NCBI GenBank assembly: GCA_963736255.1
Contig: CAVTOI010000002.1
Span: forward strand, 1,038,486 to 1,102,485
DNA: 64,000 nt
Reading direction: 5' to 3'
DNA from: Candidatus Aminicenantes bacterium
Lineage (GTDB): Bacteria > Acidobacteriota > Aminicenantia > Aminicenantales > Saccharicenantaceae
Within the stretch, counting starts at the first letter, position 1. The number at the start of each line of letters is the position of its first letter. A program made the position numbers and the translations under genes. Shown piece after piece: positions 49,916-60,917 of this stretch. The notes under the pieces were generated by a model that searched no databases, was not told the origin of the DNA, and worked only from the letters and a program-made list of their open reading frames with translations.

Positions 49916-50792
49916 CGGGATCCGGCGCTTGGACGCCGATCAGGACGATCTCGGCGAAGGCCGAGAACGAGAACGGGAATTCGGCCAGCCGGTCCTCGCC
50001 CTTCTTCATGACGAACGCGGCGTCCGTCTTGAAATCGACGCGATACTCGGAGAAATAACCCTTGTCGACATGGACCTGGAGCGAACCCGCCCCCGCGCCC
50101 TCGCCTTCGAAGACCCCTTGGGAGTCGCCGAGGTCCTTGGTGCCCGACACGCCGACCTTGTAGACGGCCGAGATGATGGCCAGCCGTCCGTCGTCGGCGG
50201 GGAGGATGTCGTCGAGAGTATAGGTGATGGCCAGGTTGACCTGGATATCGAATCCCTGAAAGGGGATGGTCAGGCGCCGGCTCTCGAGCCAGCTCTCTCC
50301 CCGGCCCACCGCTTCGGCCGGAAAAGCCGGAAAGTAATCGCGGAGGAGCTGGGGGATGGAGACGTTGAACGGATTGCCGCCCCCAAGGACCTCGGGGTTG
50401 AGGATGGATTCGACCTTGCCGGTCCGGTTGAAGACGACTTCGAGGGCCGCCCCCTTAGTCGCGCCGAGCTTCTGGGAGATGACTTTTTCGGGCAGACGGA
50501 TGTTGACATCGATGCCGGGGCTGGTCAGGTCGGTCCGAACCGTGTCGCGCGTCGAGGGCTTGGCGAGGAGCCGGATCTCACCCCGCGAATCGGCATTCAG
50601 CCCCAGGTCCATGCCCATGAAGTTCTTGCCGTCGACATTGATGACGCTGGAAAAGCTGTAGGTGACGAGGGTGCCTTCGGCCGGGCCGAAGCGGAGGGCG
50701 ATCTTATCCTGGTCCTGGCCGCCTGCAAAGACCGGCCACCCGGCCAGGAGGCCCACAAGGGCGGCCGTCACAAATGCGTTGCGCATCGTCAT
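49890..50792 (-). CDS. Exported beta-rich hypothetical protein
   Basis: Signal peptide; FPAEAVGRGESW segment; third gene of the M16 operon; convergent 26-bp overlap with addA. Confidence 0.7.
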   Translation of the reverse strand: MTMRNAFVTAALVGLLAGWPVFAGGQDQDKIALRFGPAEGTLVTYSFSSVINVDGKNFMGMDLGLNADSRGEIRLLAKPSTRDTVRTDLTSPGIDVNIRLPEKVISQKLGATKGAALEVVFNRTGKVESILNPEVLGGGNPFNVSIPQLLRDYFPAFPAEAVGRGESWLESRRLTIPFQGFDIQVNLAITYTLDDILPADDGRLAIISAVYKVGVSGTKDLGDSQGVFEGEGAGAGSLQVHVDKGYFSEYRVDFKTDAAFVMKKGEDRLAEFPFSFSAFAEIVLIGVQAPDPVIRQVPRS

Positions 50793-50821
50793 GGCGTTTC
50801 CTTTTCTCCTCTCCCGGCTCC

Positions 50822-52222
50822 CTAGAAGTCGGGATCGGTGATCCTCTTCTCCTGCCAGGTGCCGAACTTGGCCAGAAGAGGCTTGATCTCCGCCGCCTTG
50901 CCGACGACGACGAGCACGAAGTCCTCCCGGGGCAGGAGCCTTGCGGCGGCCGCCCTGAGGTCCTCCGGCGTGAGCCTGCCGATCTCTGCGAGGTACTTGT
51001 CGTACTCGTCGAAACCCCGCTTATAGAAGGCCAGCCGGGCATAGGCGCTGGCCTTGCTGGCGTTGGTCTCCAGGCTCGGCGGGAACTGGCCGAGGATGTA
51101 GTTGCGGGCGCTCTCCGTCTCCTCCGCGCCGAAACCGTCCTTCGCCTTCCGCAGAAGATCGAAGACGATATCGAGCATCTCGCCGATCTTGTCGTTCTTG
51201 GTATAGGAGCTGAGGACCGTGATGCCGCCGACGGCCCAGTTGCGGGCGGAGCTCGAGGCGCCGTAGGTCAGGCCCCGCTTGATCCGCAGTTCGGTGTTGA
51301 GCCAGGAGGTGAACCGGCCGCCGAACAGGGTGTTCATGCCGGAGGCTGCGGCGGTGATCTTGTCCCCCATGGCATAGCCCGGCGCCCCGAGCGAGAAGTA
51401 GGCTTGAGTGGCGTCGGGCTTGTCGATGAGGATAAGCTTCTTACCGGCCGGCCGGGGCAGGGCAGGAAGTGCCGCAGCGGGCGCGGGCCCGGACGGATTG
51501 GCCATCCGGCCGAGCGTCTTCTCGAGAAGTCCGGCGAGGGCGTCCCGGTCGATATCACCGACGACCGCTGCGACGGCCCGGTCGGGCCGGTACTGCCTCT
51601 TGGTGAAGTCCTTGACCGTCTGGACGGTCATTTTGCGAAGCGAGGCTTCCGTGCCGGAGGCCAGATGGCCCATGGGATGACCCCCGAAATAGGCCTTCTG
51701 GAAATAATAGCGGATGGCCATGCCCGGATTGTCTTTCGCGGCCTTGAGGCCGTCGATCCGGAGGGCCCGCTCCTTTTCGAATTCGCCCGCCGCGAAGGCG
51801 GGGTCCGTGAGCACGGCCGCGGCGATCTCGAGCAGTCGGGGGAAATGCCCGGCCAGACTGTCGGCGTAGACCTGGGCGTACTCTTCCGCGGCGCCGATGC
51901 CGAAGTTCGCCCCCATGAAGTCGAGGGCTTCGGCCACGGCGTCCGCGTCCATCTTCGACGTCCCCTTCATCAGCAGGGCCGCGGCCAGGCCGGCGACGCC
52001 CTCGGCCGAGGCCGGTTCGGCGGCCGAGCCGGCGCCGCCGAGGAACATCCGCAAGCTGACGAGGGGCACGTCCGCGTTCCGGAAGTGATAGACCGTGAGG
52101 CCGTTCTTGAGGACCATCTTCTCGGGCGCCGGCAGCTGGCGGCCGGCCTGGAGGGGCAGAGCCGCCGCGGCGATCGAGACGGCCAGGACGAGGGCCAGGA
52201 CCGTCCGGGTGGGGCCTCTCAT
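50822..52222 (-). CDS. M16B peptidase, non-catalytic partner subunit
   Basis: LKNGL, GVAGLAAALLMKGT (no HxxEH), FGGRFTSWL..ELR.KRGLTYG. Confidence 0.9.
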   Translation of the reverse strand: MRGPTRTVLALVLAVSIAAAALPLQAGRQLPAPEKMVLKNGLTVYHFRNADVPLVSLRMFLGGAGSAAEPASAEGVAGLAAALLMKGTSKMDADAVAEALDFMGANFGIGAAEEYAQVYADSLAGHFPRLLEIAAAVLTDPAFAAGEFEKERALRIDGLKAAKDNPGMAIRYYFQKAYFGGHPMGHLASGTEASLRKMTVQTVKDFTKRQYRPDRAVAAVVGDIDRDALAGLLEKTLGRMANPSGPAPAAALPALPRPAGKKLILIDKPDATQAYFSLGAPGYAMGDKITAAASGMNTLFGGRFTSWLNTELRIKRGLTYGASSSARNWAVGGITVLSSYTKNDKIGEMLDIVFDLLRKAKDGFGAEETESARNYILGQFPPSLETNASKASAYARLAFYKRGFDEYDKYLAEIGRLTPEDLRAAAARLLPREDFVLVVVGKAAEIKPLLAKFGTWQEKRITDPDF

Positions 52223-53544
52223 TGCGCGCCTCCTTCGGGGATGAGCTTGCCGACCGTCTTGTTCGTTTCGATCAGGTACTTTCCCGCGGCCTCCTTGACC
52301 CGTTCGACCTTGACTGCCGCGTAGTCGTCCATGATGGTGAAGAGCTTGGCGAAGTCGCCGAAGACGAGCTCGGTCGTGCCGAGCTGGTTGGCCTTGCCGG
52401 CGACCGTCTGCAGGCCCTGATAGAAGTCGGTGCGGACGATGTTCATGGCCTTGTCGTATTCCAGAGGCGTGATGCCGTCCTTCCGGACCTTGGCCAGTTC
52501 CTCCTCGATGATCCGGTCGATCCGGTCGAGGTCGGCGCCCGGCCGGGGCTTGACGTCGATCATGAAGAGATGGGGATCGATGGTCTCCCCGATGCCGCCG
52601 CCGACATCGATGGCCAGCTCCTCTTCACGGACCAGACGACGGTAGAGCCGGCTGCTCTCGCCCTCGAGGAGAGGCTTGGCCAGGATCGCGAGCGGCAGGA
52701 AATCGGGGTCCTTGGCGCTCGGGCCGTGCCAGACGGCGGTGAATGAGGGCGTCTGGGCCTCCTTGCGCATGACCACGGTCTTCGTCCCGAGCTGGGGCGG
52801 CTCGACCGTGCTGACGGGAGGCGGGGGAGGGGAGGCCTTGACGGGGCCGTAATATTTGCGGATGAGCTCGAGCGTCCGGACCGGATCGATGTCGCCGGCG
52901 ACGACCAGGACGGCGTTGTTCGGCGCGTAGTAGGTCCGGTAATAGGCCATGACCTCGTCGCGCCGCCAGCTCAGGATGTCGCTCATCCAGCCGATGACGT
53001 CCCAATGATAGGGATGGGCCATGATGGCCGTCGCCCGGACGGTTTCCGCGAGGAGGGCGTCATTGTCGTTGTCGACGCCGAGCCGCCGCTCGGAGGCGAT
53101 GACCCCGCGCTCGGATTCGAAGACCTCCGGCACGAAGGCCAGCCCCTGGATGCGGTCGGCTTCCATGGCGATCATGGATTCGAGGGCGGCCGGGGGGAAC
53201 CAGTCGGTGTAGGCGGTCATGTCGTCGGCGGTGTAAGCGTTGTTGCGCCCGCCCTGGAACTCCATGCGCCGGTCGAACTCGCCCGGCCCGATCCCGGGGG
53301 TGCCGTTGAACATCATGTGTTCGATGAAGTGGGAGACGCCGGTCAGGCCCGGCCGCTCGTTGCGCGACCCGACCCGGAAGAACGTGTACAGGGCGACGCT
53401 GGGGATATTGTGGTCTTCGAGGAGCAGGATCTTGAGGCCGTTGTCGAGAGAGTGGACCTTGACGTCCTCCTTCTTGAAGGCCGCCGGGAGAGACAGGGAC
53501 AGGACCGCCAGGGTCGCGACCAGGAGCCAGGCTCGTTTCCTCAT
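52219..53544 (-). CDS. M16B zinc peptidase, catalytic subunit
   Basis: Start MRKRAW after GGAGGTG; HFIEHMMFNGT inverted zincin motif, NAYT, ERGVIASER, YYAPNNA. Confidence 0.92.
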   Translation of the reverse strand: MRKRAWLLVATLAVLSLSLPAAFKKEDVKVHSLDNGLKILLLEDHNIPSVALYTFFRVGSRNERPGLTGVSHFIEHMMFNGTPGIGPGEFDRRMEFQGGRNNAYTADDMTAYTDWFPPAALESMIAMEADRIQGLAFVPEVFESERGVIASERRLGVDNDNDALLAETVRATAIMAHPYHWDVIGWMSDILSWRRDEVMAYYRTYYAPNNAVLVVAGDIDPVRTLELIRKYYGPVKASPPPPPVSTVEPPQLGTKTVVMRKEAQTPSFTAVWHGPSAKDPDFLPLAILAKPLLEGESSRLYRRLVREEELAIDVGGGIGETIDPHLFMIDVKPRPGADLDRIDRIIEEELAKVRKDGITPLEYDKAMNIVRTDFYQGLQTVAGKANQLGTTELVFGDFAKLFTIMDDYAAVKVERVKEAAGKYLIETNKTVGKLIPEGGAQ

Positions 53545-53662
53545 TCGCTCACCTCCGTGGATCAGATACCGATTATACCATTTTCCGCCCCCCCCGGACC
53601 CGGCTCCTTGACGCCGGGCCCCCGGGTGGGATATAACTGGCCGAAAAGTCCGAGGTCCCCCC

Positions 53663-54343
53663 ATGAACATACCCGAGAACGGATTCGACTTCCGGAAGTC
53701 GATGAAGACCGTCTCGTCCTATCCGGTTATCCGGAAATTCCTCCCGTTTGACCGGTACCTGATCCGGCCGCCGGCGTCTCTTGTCGTCAAGCTCGTTTTC
53801 AACACCTCGGTCACCCCCAACCAGCTGACCCTGACCTCCTTCTTTTTCGCCTTGCTTGGGGCGCTGGCCTTTCTCGGCGGTACGCCCGCGTTCTTCGCCC
53901 TGGGGGGATCGCTCTCTCTCGTATCGACGATCTTCGACGCCGCCGACGGCATGTTGGCCCGGGCCAAGGGGATGACCAGCCGTTACGGGGCCTTCCTGGA
54001 CCTCTTCCTCGACCGCATCGCCGATTTCGCCGTGCTGACGGGGGCCTCTTTCGGTTATTTCCGGTACACGGGGAGCGTCCGCTTTCTGGCCTTTGGATTG
54101 GTGACGGTCGCGCTCTATCTCCTCCAGCTCAACCTCTACTACATCAACAACGTCTATACGCGTCTGGAGAAAAGCGGCGAGGGCGCGGAGGCCAAAAGCC
54201 TGGCCGTCGTCCTCATCTTCGTCTTCTCGATCATCGGCCGCCCGGACGGGTTCCTCGCCGGGATCTTCCTGTTGGGCCTGCTCGGCACCGTCATCAAGCT
54301 TATCCGGTTCCTTCGGAAGGGCAAGGCCCCGGAGGTCCGCTGA
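53663..54343 (+). CDS. CDP-alcohol phosphatidyltransferase family protein
   Basis: TPNQLT and DAADGMLAR..SRYGAFLDLFLD signature. Confidence 0.92.
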   Translation: MNIPENGFDFRKSMKTVSSYPVIRKFLPFDRYLIRPPASLVVKLVFNTSVTPNQLTLTSFFFALLGALAFLGGTPAFFALGGSLSLVSTIFDAADGMLARAKGMTSRYGAFLDLFLDRIADFAVLTGASFGYFRYTGSVRFLAFGLVTVALYLLQLNLYYINNVYTRLEKSGEGAEAKSLAVVLIFVFSIIGRPDGFLAGIFLLGLLGTVIKLIRFLRKGKAPEVR

Positions 54344-55370
54344 CGCTCTGCCGGGCCCTCTTCCGCACGAGCGGGATGAGTCCCAGTCCCGCCCAAGCCA
54401 TCCCCACGAACCGCCGGATCAGAATGACGGCCATGCCCGCGGACATCTCGATCCGAAGCAGGGCGAAAAGCGAAACATAGGTCAGCTCGTAGACGCCGAC
54501 CGACCCCGGCACGGGCAGGAACGAATAGAACGATCCCAGGGTGACGATCAGGAAGCACTTGAAGAAGGTCGGGTGGGTGCCGCCGAGGAAGAGGAAGGTC
54601 AGGTAGATCTCGGCCGCCCAGAGCCAGGCCTGGACGAAATAAGACGCGAAGAGCGCCAGGAAGAGCCCCGTGTTCCGGTTGTAGAAGTCCGAGATATGGG
54701 CGTCGGTCTCGAGGATCTTGTCGCGCCGGTTCTCGAAGAAGGGGATGCGGATCTTGATCTTCTTGAGGGTGTCCAGGGCCCAGGTGAACAGCCCCTGTTT
54801 CTGCTTGAGGATGAGGAAGAACAGGAGCAGCATGAGCGCGGCGATGGCGGCGAAAAGCTCGACCTTCTGGCGCCGGGGAAGCGCGAACTCGGTGATCAGG
54901 AAGACGACCGACAGGGCGATGGTCGAAAGGCCGGCCAGGAATTCGACGGTCTTGTCGACGACGACCGTGGCCAAGGCCTTATTGCGGTCGACGCTGTCGA
55001 GGCAGAAGATGCGGACGGTCTCGCCGCCGAGGTTCCCGGCCGGGGTCAGATAGCTCACCGCATAGCCGGCGATCCGGGCGCCGAGGACCTCCCGGAAGGG
55101 GACGCGCTCCCCCGCGGAAACGAGCAGGGCCCGCCAGTTGAGGGCCCGGATCGTCCAGTAGAGCAGGCGGAGCCCCATGAGGGCGGCGATCTCGGCGAGG
55201 TTGAGTCTGCCCAGGGCCCGCAGGATCTCCTTCGGGCCGGTCTTGACGATGAGGAAGACGAAGAGCCCGACGCCGGCATAGCCGATGAGCCGGAAGAGGA
55301 ACGTCCGGAGGCGCGCCTGGCGCGTGGGCGGCGGGCCGGCCGGCTTGCCCGCTTGGAAGACCCTGAGCAT
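54300..55370 (-). CDS. Lysylphosphatidylglycerol-synthase TM / UPF0104 flippase-like membrane protein
   Basis: RALNWRALL, YLTPAGNLGGETVR and PVPGSVGVYE motifs. Confidence 0.85.
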   Translation of the reverse strand: MLRVFQAGKPAGPPPTRQARLRTFLFRLIGYAGVGLFVFLIVKTGPKEILRALGRLNLAEIAALMGLRLLYWTIRALNWRALLVSAGERVPFREVLGARIAGYAVSYLTPAGNLGGETVRIFCLDSVDRNKALATVVVDKTVEFLAGLSTIALSVVFLITEFALPRRQKVELFAAIAALMLLLFFLILKQKQGLFTWALDTLKKIKIRIPFFENRRDKILETDAHISDFYNRNTGLFLALFASYFVQAWLWAAEIYLTFLFLGGTHPTFFKCFLIVTLGSFYSFLPVPGSVGVYELTYVSLFALLRIEMSAGMAVILIRRFVGMAWAGLGLIPLVRKRARQSVSGPPGPCPSEGTG

Positions 55371-55436
55371 GTCTTGACTCTCCTCGGCGAATGGCTTATT
55401 TTATTCCCTATTTTAATAAAAACAAAGCTGGAAAGA

Positions 55437-57137
55437 ATGCATCGTCCCCTGAAGCAGAAAGCCCTCGCCGCGGGCCTGGCCGCCCTTCTTGCCGGCGCCG
55501 CCGCAGGCCCGGCCGGCGCGGCCGTCCGTCACGGCTTCTCCCTGGCATCCTCCGGCGGGGACGCTGTCGAGATCTCCCGTCCGGCTTCCCCAGCCGCCGG
55601 TCCCTCCGTCCCCGTCGTCTTCAGCCTGGCCGTCCGGCCCCTCGTGGGTGAAGAAAGCCCGGTCGCGGCCCCTGCGAGCGCTGACCGGATGCCCAGGAAA
55701 TGGCGGCGGGCCCTGGTCCAAATGGGCCTGTTGGCGGTCTATGCCACGGCCGAGTACTGGCGCAATTACCATCAATGGGTCGAGGACTGGCAGTTCGAGC
55801 TGACTTTCGCCGACCAATACCGCCGCTTCCTGACGACCGAAGCCATCCGCTTCGATTCGAACTGCTATCCGACCAATTTTTCGCATGTCATAGGCGGGGC
55901 CCTTTATTATCAGATGGCCCGGACCAACTATCTCACCTGGGAACAATCGCTCCTGGCCGTCCTCGCCAACTCGACGATCTACGAGTACGTTTCGGAGTGG
56001 CGGGAGGTCATCTCGGTCAACGACCAGTTCGTAACGACGTTCGCCGGCTGGTCCCTCGGCGAATCGTGGTTCCAGCTCTCGGATTACTTCCATCACAGCA
56101 GATCGCCGTTCCTCAGGTTGCTGGGCTTCATGAACCCCATGAACAAGATCAACCAGTTCCTGGACCGGAAGAACCCGTCCTCAAAGGTCTTTCCCCGTCC
56201 GGGCTGGCACGATTTCGTCTTTTCTGTCGGGTGGCGGCACTCCTCGGAAACTGGCCGGGGAGCCTTCGACACCGGCCTGATCAGTCTCGAGACCCAGATC
56301 ATCAGGACCCCGGAATACGGCCGGGAGGGGACCTTCAAGAAGGTCCTGCGGGACACGTCGCTGAGCGAGCTGTCCGCGGAAGTGGCCCTGAGACCGCGGC
56401 CCTCGGCCGACGTCCAGCTCAGGGAGAAGCTCGCCGAAGAGGTGGACCTCTATGCCCGAATCGTCGGACTGGCCTGGTACCGCCAGGACATCGACGCCTT
56501 GGGGCGGGGCTCCTCGCTCTCGATCGGATTGGGATCAGCCCTCACGTATCTTCGCAAGAGGCCGGTCTTCTATGATTCCCGAGCCTACCGGGCCCGATTC
56601 GAGCCCCTGCCGGCGACTCCGACGGATTTCCGGGACAAGATGACGGTGACGCACCTCGTCGGGCCGGTCGTCGATTGGACGAGCTTCGGCCGGCGCCTGA
56701 AGGTCCGGGCCGTGGCCGACGCCTATGTCGATTTCGCCATGATGAACGCCTTTGCCTTCAACGCCTATTCCGCCTCGCACTCGATCGAGGGCATGAAGAC
56801 GACGCTCAACTATTACGGCTACTATTATGCCTACGGGGCGAGCGTTTCCGGTCGCGTCGACCTGGACTGGGGGAACCTCTGGATCCGCGGCCTCGTCAGC
56901 GGCCATGTCTGGGATTCCTGGGAGGGATTGGACCGGTTCGAGGCCGATATCACGAACAACGTCAGCGCCTTCGATTCCCGCACGCGTTTTCTTCTCAAGG
57001 CCGGTTGGCGGCTGCCTTCGGTCCCCGTCAGGGCCTTCGTCGCCGTGGAAGGGATCCATCGCCGGGGCCGGATCGGGGACTTCCGGGACGGCAGCCGGGA
57101 GACCCGGACCTTCGCCGGGCTGAGCTATCTTTTCTGA
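55437..57137 (+). CDS. Putative outer-membrane protein with a DUF3943-like domain
   Basis: Start MHRPLK with signal peptide; FDSN..TNFSH..GALYYQMARTN..STIYEY..SVND; beta-strand-rich C-terminus ending YLF. Confidence 0.7.
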   Translation: MHRPLKQKALAAGLAALLAGAAAGPAGAAVRHGFSLASSGGDAVEISRPASPAAGPSVPVVFSLAVRPLVGEESPVAAPASADRMPRKWRRALVQMGLLAVYATAEYWRNYHQWVEDWQFELTFADQYRRFLTTEAIRFDSNCYPTNFSHVIGGALYYQMARTNYLTWEQSLLAVLANSTIYEYVSEWREVISVNDQFVTTFAGWSLGESWFQLSDYFHHSRSPFLRLLGFMNPMNKINQFLDRKNPSSKVFPRPGWHDFVFSVGWRHSSETGRGAFDTGLISLETQIIRTPEYGREGTFKKVLRDTSLSELSAEVALRPRPSADVQLREKLAEEVDLYARIVGLAWYRQDIDALGRGSSLSIGLGSALTYLRKRPVFYDSRAYRARFEPLPATPTDFRDKMTVTHLVGPVVDWTSFGRRLKVRAVADAYVDFAMMNAFAFNAYSASHSIEGMKTTLNYYGYYYAYGASVSGRVDLDWGNLWIRGLVSGHVWDSWEGLDRFEADITNNVSAFDSRTRFLLKAGWRLPSVPVRAFVAVEGIHRRGRIGDFRDGSRETRTFAGLSYLF

Positions 57138-57200
57138 GCGGCGGGCCTAGCCTGGACCATTCATAAATCTGCAGCCGCCTCGGCTCGTTAATAATCCAGG

Positions 57201-57893
57201 CTAGCGCCCGCGGATGTTCTCCCAGCCCCTCTTGACAGCCAGGCGCCGGAGCTTGCGGTCGGCGTGGACCGCGACCGGATGGCCGACGAGCTCGAGGACA
57301 GGCAGGTCCGATATCCGGTCGGCCAGGGCCCAAGAGCCGGACCAGTCGATGCCCTCCGGGTCGATCCTATGGAACAGCGCATCGATCTTCATCCGCCCGT
57401 AAGGGAAGATCCCCGTCTTCCGGCCCGAGAGCTTTCCGTCGACCACCTCGAGATCGTTCCCGATGAGGATATCGGCCTCGAGCCGCTCCCTGAGTTGATC
57501 GACAAGGAGTTGCAGGGACCCGGAAAGGAGGACGATGCGGCAGCCCGATGTCTTGAGGCTGAGGATCTTCGCCCGCAGGTCCTCGGGGACCGCGTTGCGG
57601 AGAAAGATATGACCGAAGGCGCCGGCCCATTGCCTGATCTCTCCGGGTGTCTTTCCCCTGATTATGCGGGCGTTGGAGCCGATGGCCTTCCGGAACCCCA
57701 ACCGGACCGTGTCGCCTACGAGGGACAGGAGGAAGCCGCCCATCCGGAAGACGCTGATGTGGCTGTGGACGAGGAGATAGAGATAGAAGATCCTTTCGGC
57801 GTTCATCCCCTTGAGGAGCGTGCCGTCGAGGTCGATGACGGCCAGACGGGTCCCCGGGGGGAAGGCGATCCTCTTTGCTTCTTCGGGCGTCAT
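57201..57893 (-). CDS. HAD-IB family phosphatase (SerB-like)
   Basis: DLDGTL motif I, LSGS motif II, K, ADRISDLP motif IV. Confidence 0.88.
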   Translation of the reverse strand: MTPEEAKRIAFPPGTRLAVIDLDGTLLKGMNAERIFYLYLLVHSHISVFRMGGFLLSLVGDTVRLGFRKAIGSNARIIRGKTPGEIRQWAGAFGHIFLRNAVPEDLRAKILSLKTSGCRIVLLSGSLQLLVDQLRERLEADILIGNDLEVVDGKLSGRKTGIFPYGRMKIDALFHRIDPEGIDWSGSWALADRISDLPVLELVGHPVAVHADRKLRRLAVKRGWENIRGR

Positions 57894-57974
57894 GGCGGTG
57901 CCTGGTGCGGCCACAGGGCAAGGGGCCAGATATAGCACACCCGCCCGCGGCGAGTCAAAGCCCGGCGGCGGGCC

Positions 57975-58709
57975 TCAGGCCCGGGCGCGGGGGCGGGCTT
58001 CTTTGGCGATGAGGAGCGTCGTCGGGTCGAGCTCGAGCCGGAGGTCCCTGGGGGCCAGCCGGCCGTGGTCCTGGACGAGGTTGAAGTGGACGTGGTCGCC
58101 GTGATGCTGCAGGGAGATAAGGACGTCGATCGCGCCGAGGTAGCCCTTGAGCTCGTAGGGGATGCCCCGCTCGTCGAACAGGGGGTCGTCCTTCTTGAGC
58201 GAGGCGCTGAACCAGACCTCGAGGCCGAGACGGCCGGCGAAGTCTTTGAAGGCCAGGAGATCGCCGGTCCCGGCCTGGGCCAAGTCGAGTCCGTCGACAA
58301 TGATGGTCTGGGCCCGGAAATTCCCGTGGACGATCATGGCCTCGATGCTGCGGAGGACCTGGTCGGTCCTGGCTCCGTCCTGCTTGAAGTTCATGATGAC
58401 CCGGTGGCGGATGAGCTCGTCGAACCCGTCGAGCGCGGCGCGCATCCTGGGCTTCTTGGCGATCTCCTTGAAGATGTCTTCGTACCAGGTGACGATATGG
58501 TCGACGCGGCTGGCGTAGGAGACGTGGATGACGTGCTGGCCCTGGAGGAGCTTGTCGGCGGCGATGTGGACGAGGCAGGCCGTCTTGCCGACGCCCTTAC
58601 GGCTGGCCAGAACGCCGATGTTCCCCTTGCCCAACCCCCCGGAAATGGACTTCTCGAGCACCCGCAGGGGGCTGCGCTTGATGAGTTCTTCCTGGACCGT
58701 GAGAGTCAT
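57975..58709 (-). CDS. RecA/KaiC-like P-loop ATPase
   Basis: Start MTLTVQ after GGAGG; GGLGKG, ASRKGVGKT Walker A, IIVDG Walker B; 14 bp downstream of fusA. Confidence 0.8.
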   Translation of the reverse strand: MTLTVQEELIKRSPLRVLEKSISGGLGKGNIGVLASRKGVGKTACLVHIAADKLLQGQHVIHVSYASRVDHIVTWYEDIFKEIAKKPRMRAALDGFDELIRHRVIMNFKQDGARTDQVLRSIEAMIVHGNFRAQTIIVDGLDLAQAGTGDLLAFKDFAGRLGLEVWFSASLKKDDPLFDERGIPYELKGYLGAIDVLISLQHHGDHVHFNLVQDHGRLAPRDLRLELDPTTLLIAKEARPRARA

Positions 58710-58723
58710 CGGCGAGTCCTCCG

Positions 58724-60814
58724 TTATCTCTGGCTTTTCTTCCGCTCGTTCTCGAGGTGCTGCTCCGTGAGCATCTCGGCGACATGCGGCGGCACGCGGC
58801 CGTACTTCAGGAATTCCATCGTGAACTCGGCCTTGCCCTGGGTGAGGGAGCGCAGGACGGTCGAGTAGCCGAACATCTCGCCGAGCGGCACCTCGGCGTC
58901 GACCCGCGAGAAATTCCCGTCCTCGACGGAGCTGACGATGACCCCGCGCCGCTGGCTGATCGTGGCGAAGATGTTTCCGGCGAACTCCGACGGCCCCTCG
59001 ACCGAGACCCTCATGACGGGCTCGAGGATCTGGGGCTTGGCCTTGATGTAGGCCTGCTTGAAGGCGCCCTGGGCGGCCGTTTGGAAGGCGATGTCCGAGG
59101 AATCGACCGGGTGGTACTGGCCGTCGTTGATGACGACGCGGACGCCGATGATCGGGAAACCGATGAGCTGGCCTTTGCGCAGGACGGCCCGGAAGCCCTT
59201 CTCGCAGGAGGGAATGAACTCCCGCGGGATGCGGCCGCCCCTGACCTCGTTCGCGAATTCGAAGGCGCCCTTGGCCAGGGGCTCGAGCCGGCCGATGACC
59301 CGGGCGTACTGCCCGGCGCCGCCGGTCTGCTTTTTGTGGGTGTAGTCGAAATCCACGGCCTGGCTGATGGCCTCGCGATAGGCGACCTGGGGCATGCCGG
59401 TCTTGACCTCGGCCTTGTATTCGCGCTTCATGCGCTCGATGTAGACGTCGAGGTGGAGCTCGCCCATGCCCTGGATGATCGTCTCGTTGGACTCCGGATC
59501 GACGTGCGTCCGGAAGGTCGGGTCCTCTTTGGTGAACCGGTTGAGGGCCTTGGCCACACGGTCGGCGGCGGCCTTGTCGACGGGCTCGATGGCCAGGGAG
59601 ATGACCGGTTCGGGGACATAGATCGCGGACATGGCCAGGTTGAGGCCGGGGCTGCAGAAGGTATCGCCCGAGGCGCACTCGACGCCGAAGAGGGCGACGA
59701 TGTCGCCCGGCCCGGCTTCGACGATCTCGGACATCGCGTCGGCGTGCATGCGGACGAGACGGCCGACCTTGATCTTCTGGCCCGAGCGGGTGTTGACGAT
59801 CTCCTCGCCCTTGCGAAGGGAGCCCTGGTAGACACGGACGTAGGTCAGCTGGCCGTAGGGCCCGTCCTCGAGCTTGAAAGCCAGGGCGACCGTCTTGGCG
59901 GCCGGGTCGGCTGTGAGGACGCGCTCCGCCCCGCCGGCATCGAGGTCAACGGCCCTGTTCTCGACCTCCGCCGGATCGGGCAGGTAGTGGACGACGGCGT
60001 CGAGCAGGGGCTGGATGCCCTTGTTCCGATAGGCCGAGCCGATGAAAAGAGGGACGAGCTTGCGGGCCAGGACGCCTTTGCGAACGGCGGCCCGGATGAG
60101 CCCCTCGGTCGGACGGCCCTCGAGCAGCGCCTCGGTGAGCTCGTCGGAGTGAAGGGAGGCGGCGTCGAGAAGCTCCTCACGCCTTTTTCCGGCCTCGGCG
60201 GCGAGCTCGGCCGGGATGGGCTCGACCCGGATCGTCTCGCCCTCCGGACCGTCGAAGTACAGGGCCGTCATGGTGACGAGATCGACGAGGCCGCTGAAGG
60301 CGCCCTCGAGGCCGATCGGGATCTGCATGAGGACGGCGTTGTGGCCGAGCTTCTCGGCGATCTGATCGCGGACCTTCAGGGGATTGGCCCCGACCCGGTC
60401 GGCCTTGTTGACGAAGGCGATGAAGGGGACGTTGTAGCGCCGGAGCTGGCGGTCGACGGTGATCGTCTGGGACTGAACGCCGCCGACCGAGCAGAGGACG
60501 AGGATGGCCGAATCGAGGACCCTCAAGGACCGCTCGACCTCGATGGTGAAATCGACATGGCCGGGCGTGTCGATGATGTTGATGGAGTGGTCGGCCCACT
60601 CGACGGCGGTCGTCGCGGAGGCGATCGTGATGCCGCGCTCGCGCTCGAGGTCCATGGAATCCATGGTCGCGCCCACTCCGTCCTTGCCCTTGACCTCGTG
60701 GATCTTGTGGATCTTCTTGCAATAGAAGAGGACCCGCTCCGTCAGCGTCGTCTTGCCGGAGTCGATGTGGGCGCTGATGCCGATGTTGCGCATGCGGGCG
60801 ATGTCGGTCGTCAT
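58724..60814 (-). CDS. fusA: Elongation factor G (stand-alone paralog, spdEFG1/mtEFG1-like)
   Basis: [54 protein letters not shown] and HPVDSS; no rpsL/rpsG/tuf neighbours. Confidence 0.95.
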   Translation of the reverse strand: MTTDIARMRNIGISAHIDSGKTTLTERVLFYCKKIHKIHEVKGKDGVGATMDSMDLERERGITIASATTAVEWADHSINIIDTPGHVDFTIEVERSLRVLDSAILVLCSVGGVQSQTITVDRQLRRYNVPFIAFVNKADRVGANPLKVRDQIAEKLGHNAVLMQIPIGLEGAFSGLVDLVTMTALYFDGPEGETIRVEPIPAELAAEAGKRREELLDAASLHSDELTEALLEGRPTEGLIRAAVRKGVLARKLVPLFIGSAYRNKGIQPLLDAVVHYLPDPAEVENRAVDLDAGGAERVLTADPAAKTVALAFKLEDGPYGQLTYVRVYQGSLRKGEEIVNTRSGQKIKVGRLVRMHADAMSEIVEAGPGDIVALFGVECASGDTFCSPGLNLAMSAIYVPEPVISLAIEPVDKAAADRVAKALNRFTKEDPTFRTHVDPESNETIIQGMGELHLDVYIERMKREYKAEVKTGMPQVAYREAISQAVDFDYTHKKQTGGAGQYARVIGRLEPLAKGAFEFANEVRGGRIPREFIPSCEKGFRAVLRKGQLIGFPIIGVRVVINDGQYHPVDSSDIAFQTAAQGAFKQAYIKAKPQILEPVMRVSVEGPSEFAGNIFATISQRRGVIVSSVEDGNFSRVDAEVPLGEMFGYSTVLRSLTQGKAEFTMEFLKYGRVPPHVAEMLTEQHLENERKKSQR

Positions 60815-60917
60815 GGACAGCTCACTCACTATAAGAATAAATGATCACGCCTGTCGGGATGTTCGGGGTATCGCCGGTGGGGCAACCGAGGGTCCGAAAT
60901 CGAACAGTCGAACGTCT

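Noticed and set aside
55385-55436. AT-rich tract beginning TGGCTT as a fourth sigma54 promoter
   Set aside because: No TTGC-like -12 element at the required spacing.
58710-59678. Apparent 567-aa ORF overlapping fusA
   Set aside because: Only the last 244 aa (from 58709, with RBS) look like protein; the rest is an alternative frame of fusA.
60815-60915. fusA leader as a known riboswitch or ncRNA
   Set aside because: Only weak pairing and no recognisable family consensus; mentioned within the EF-G finding only.
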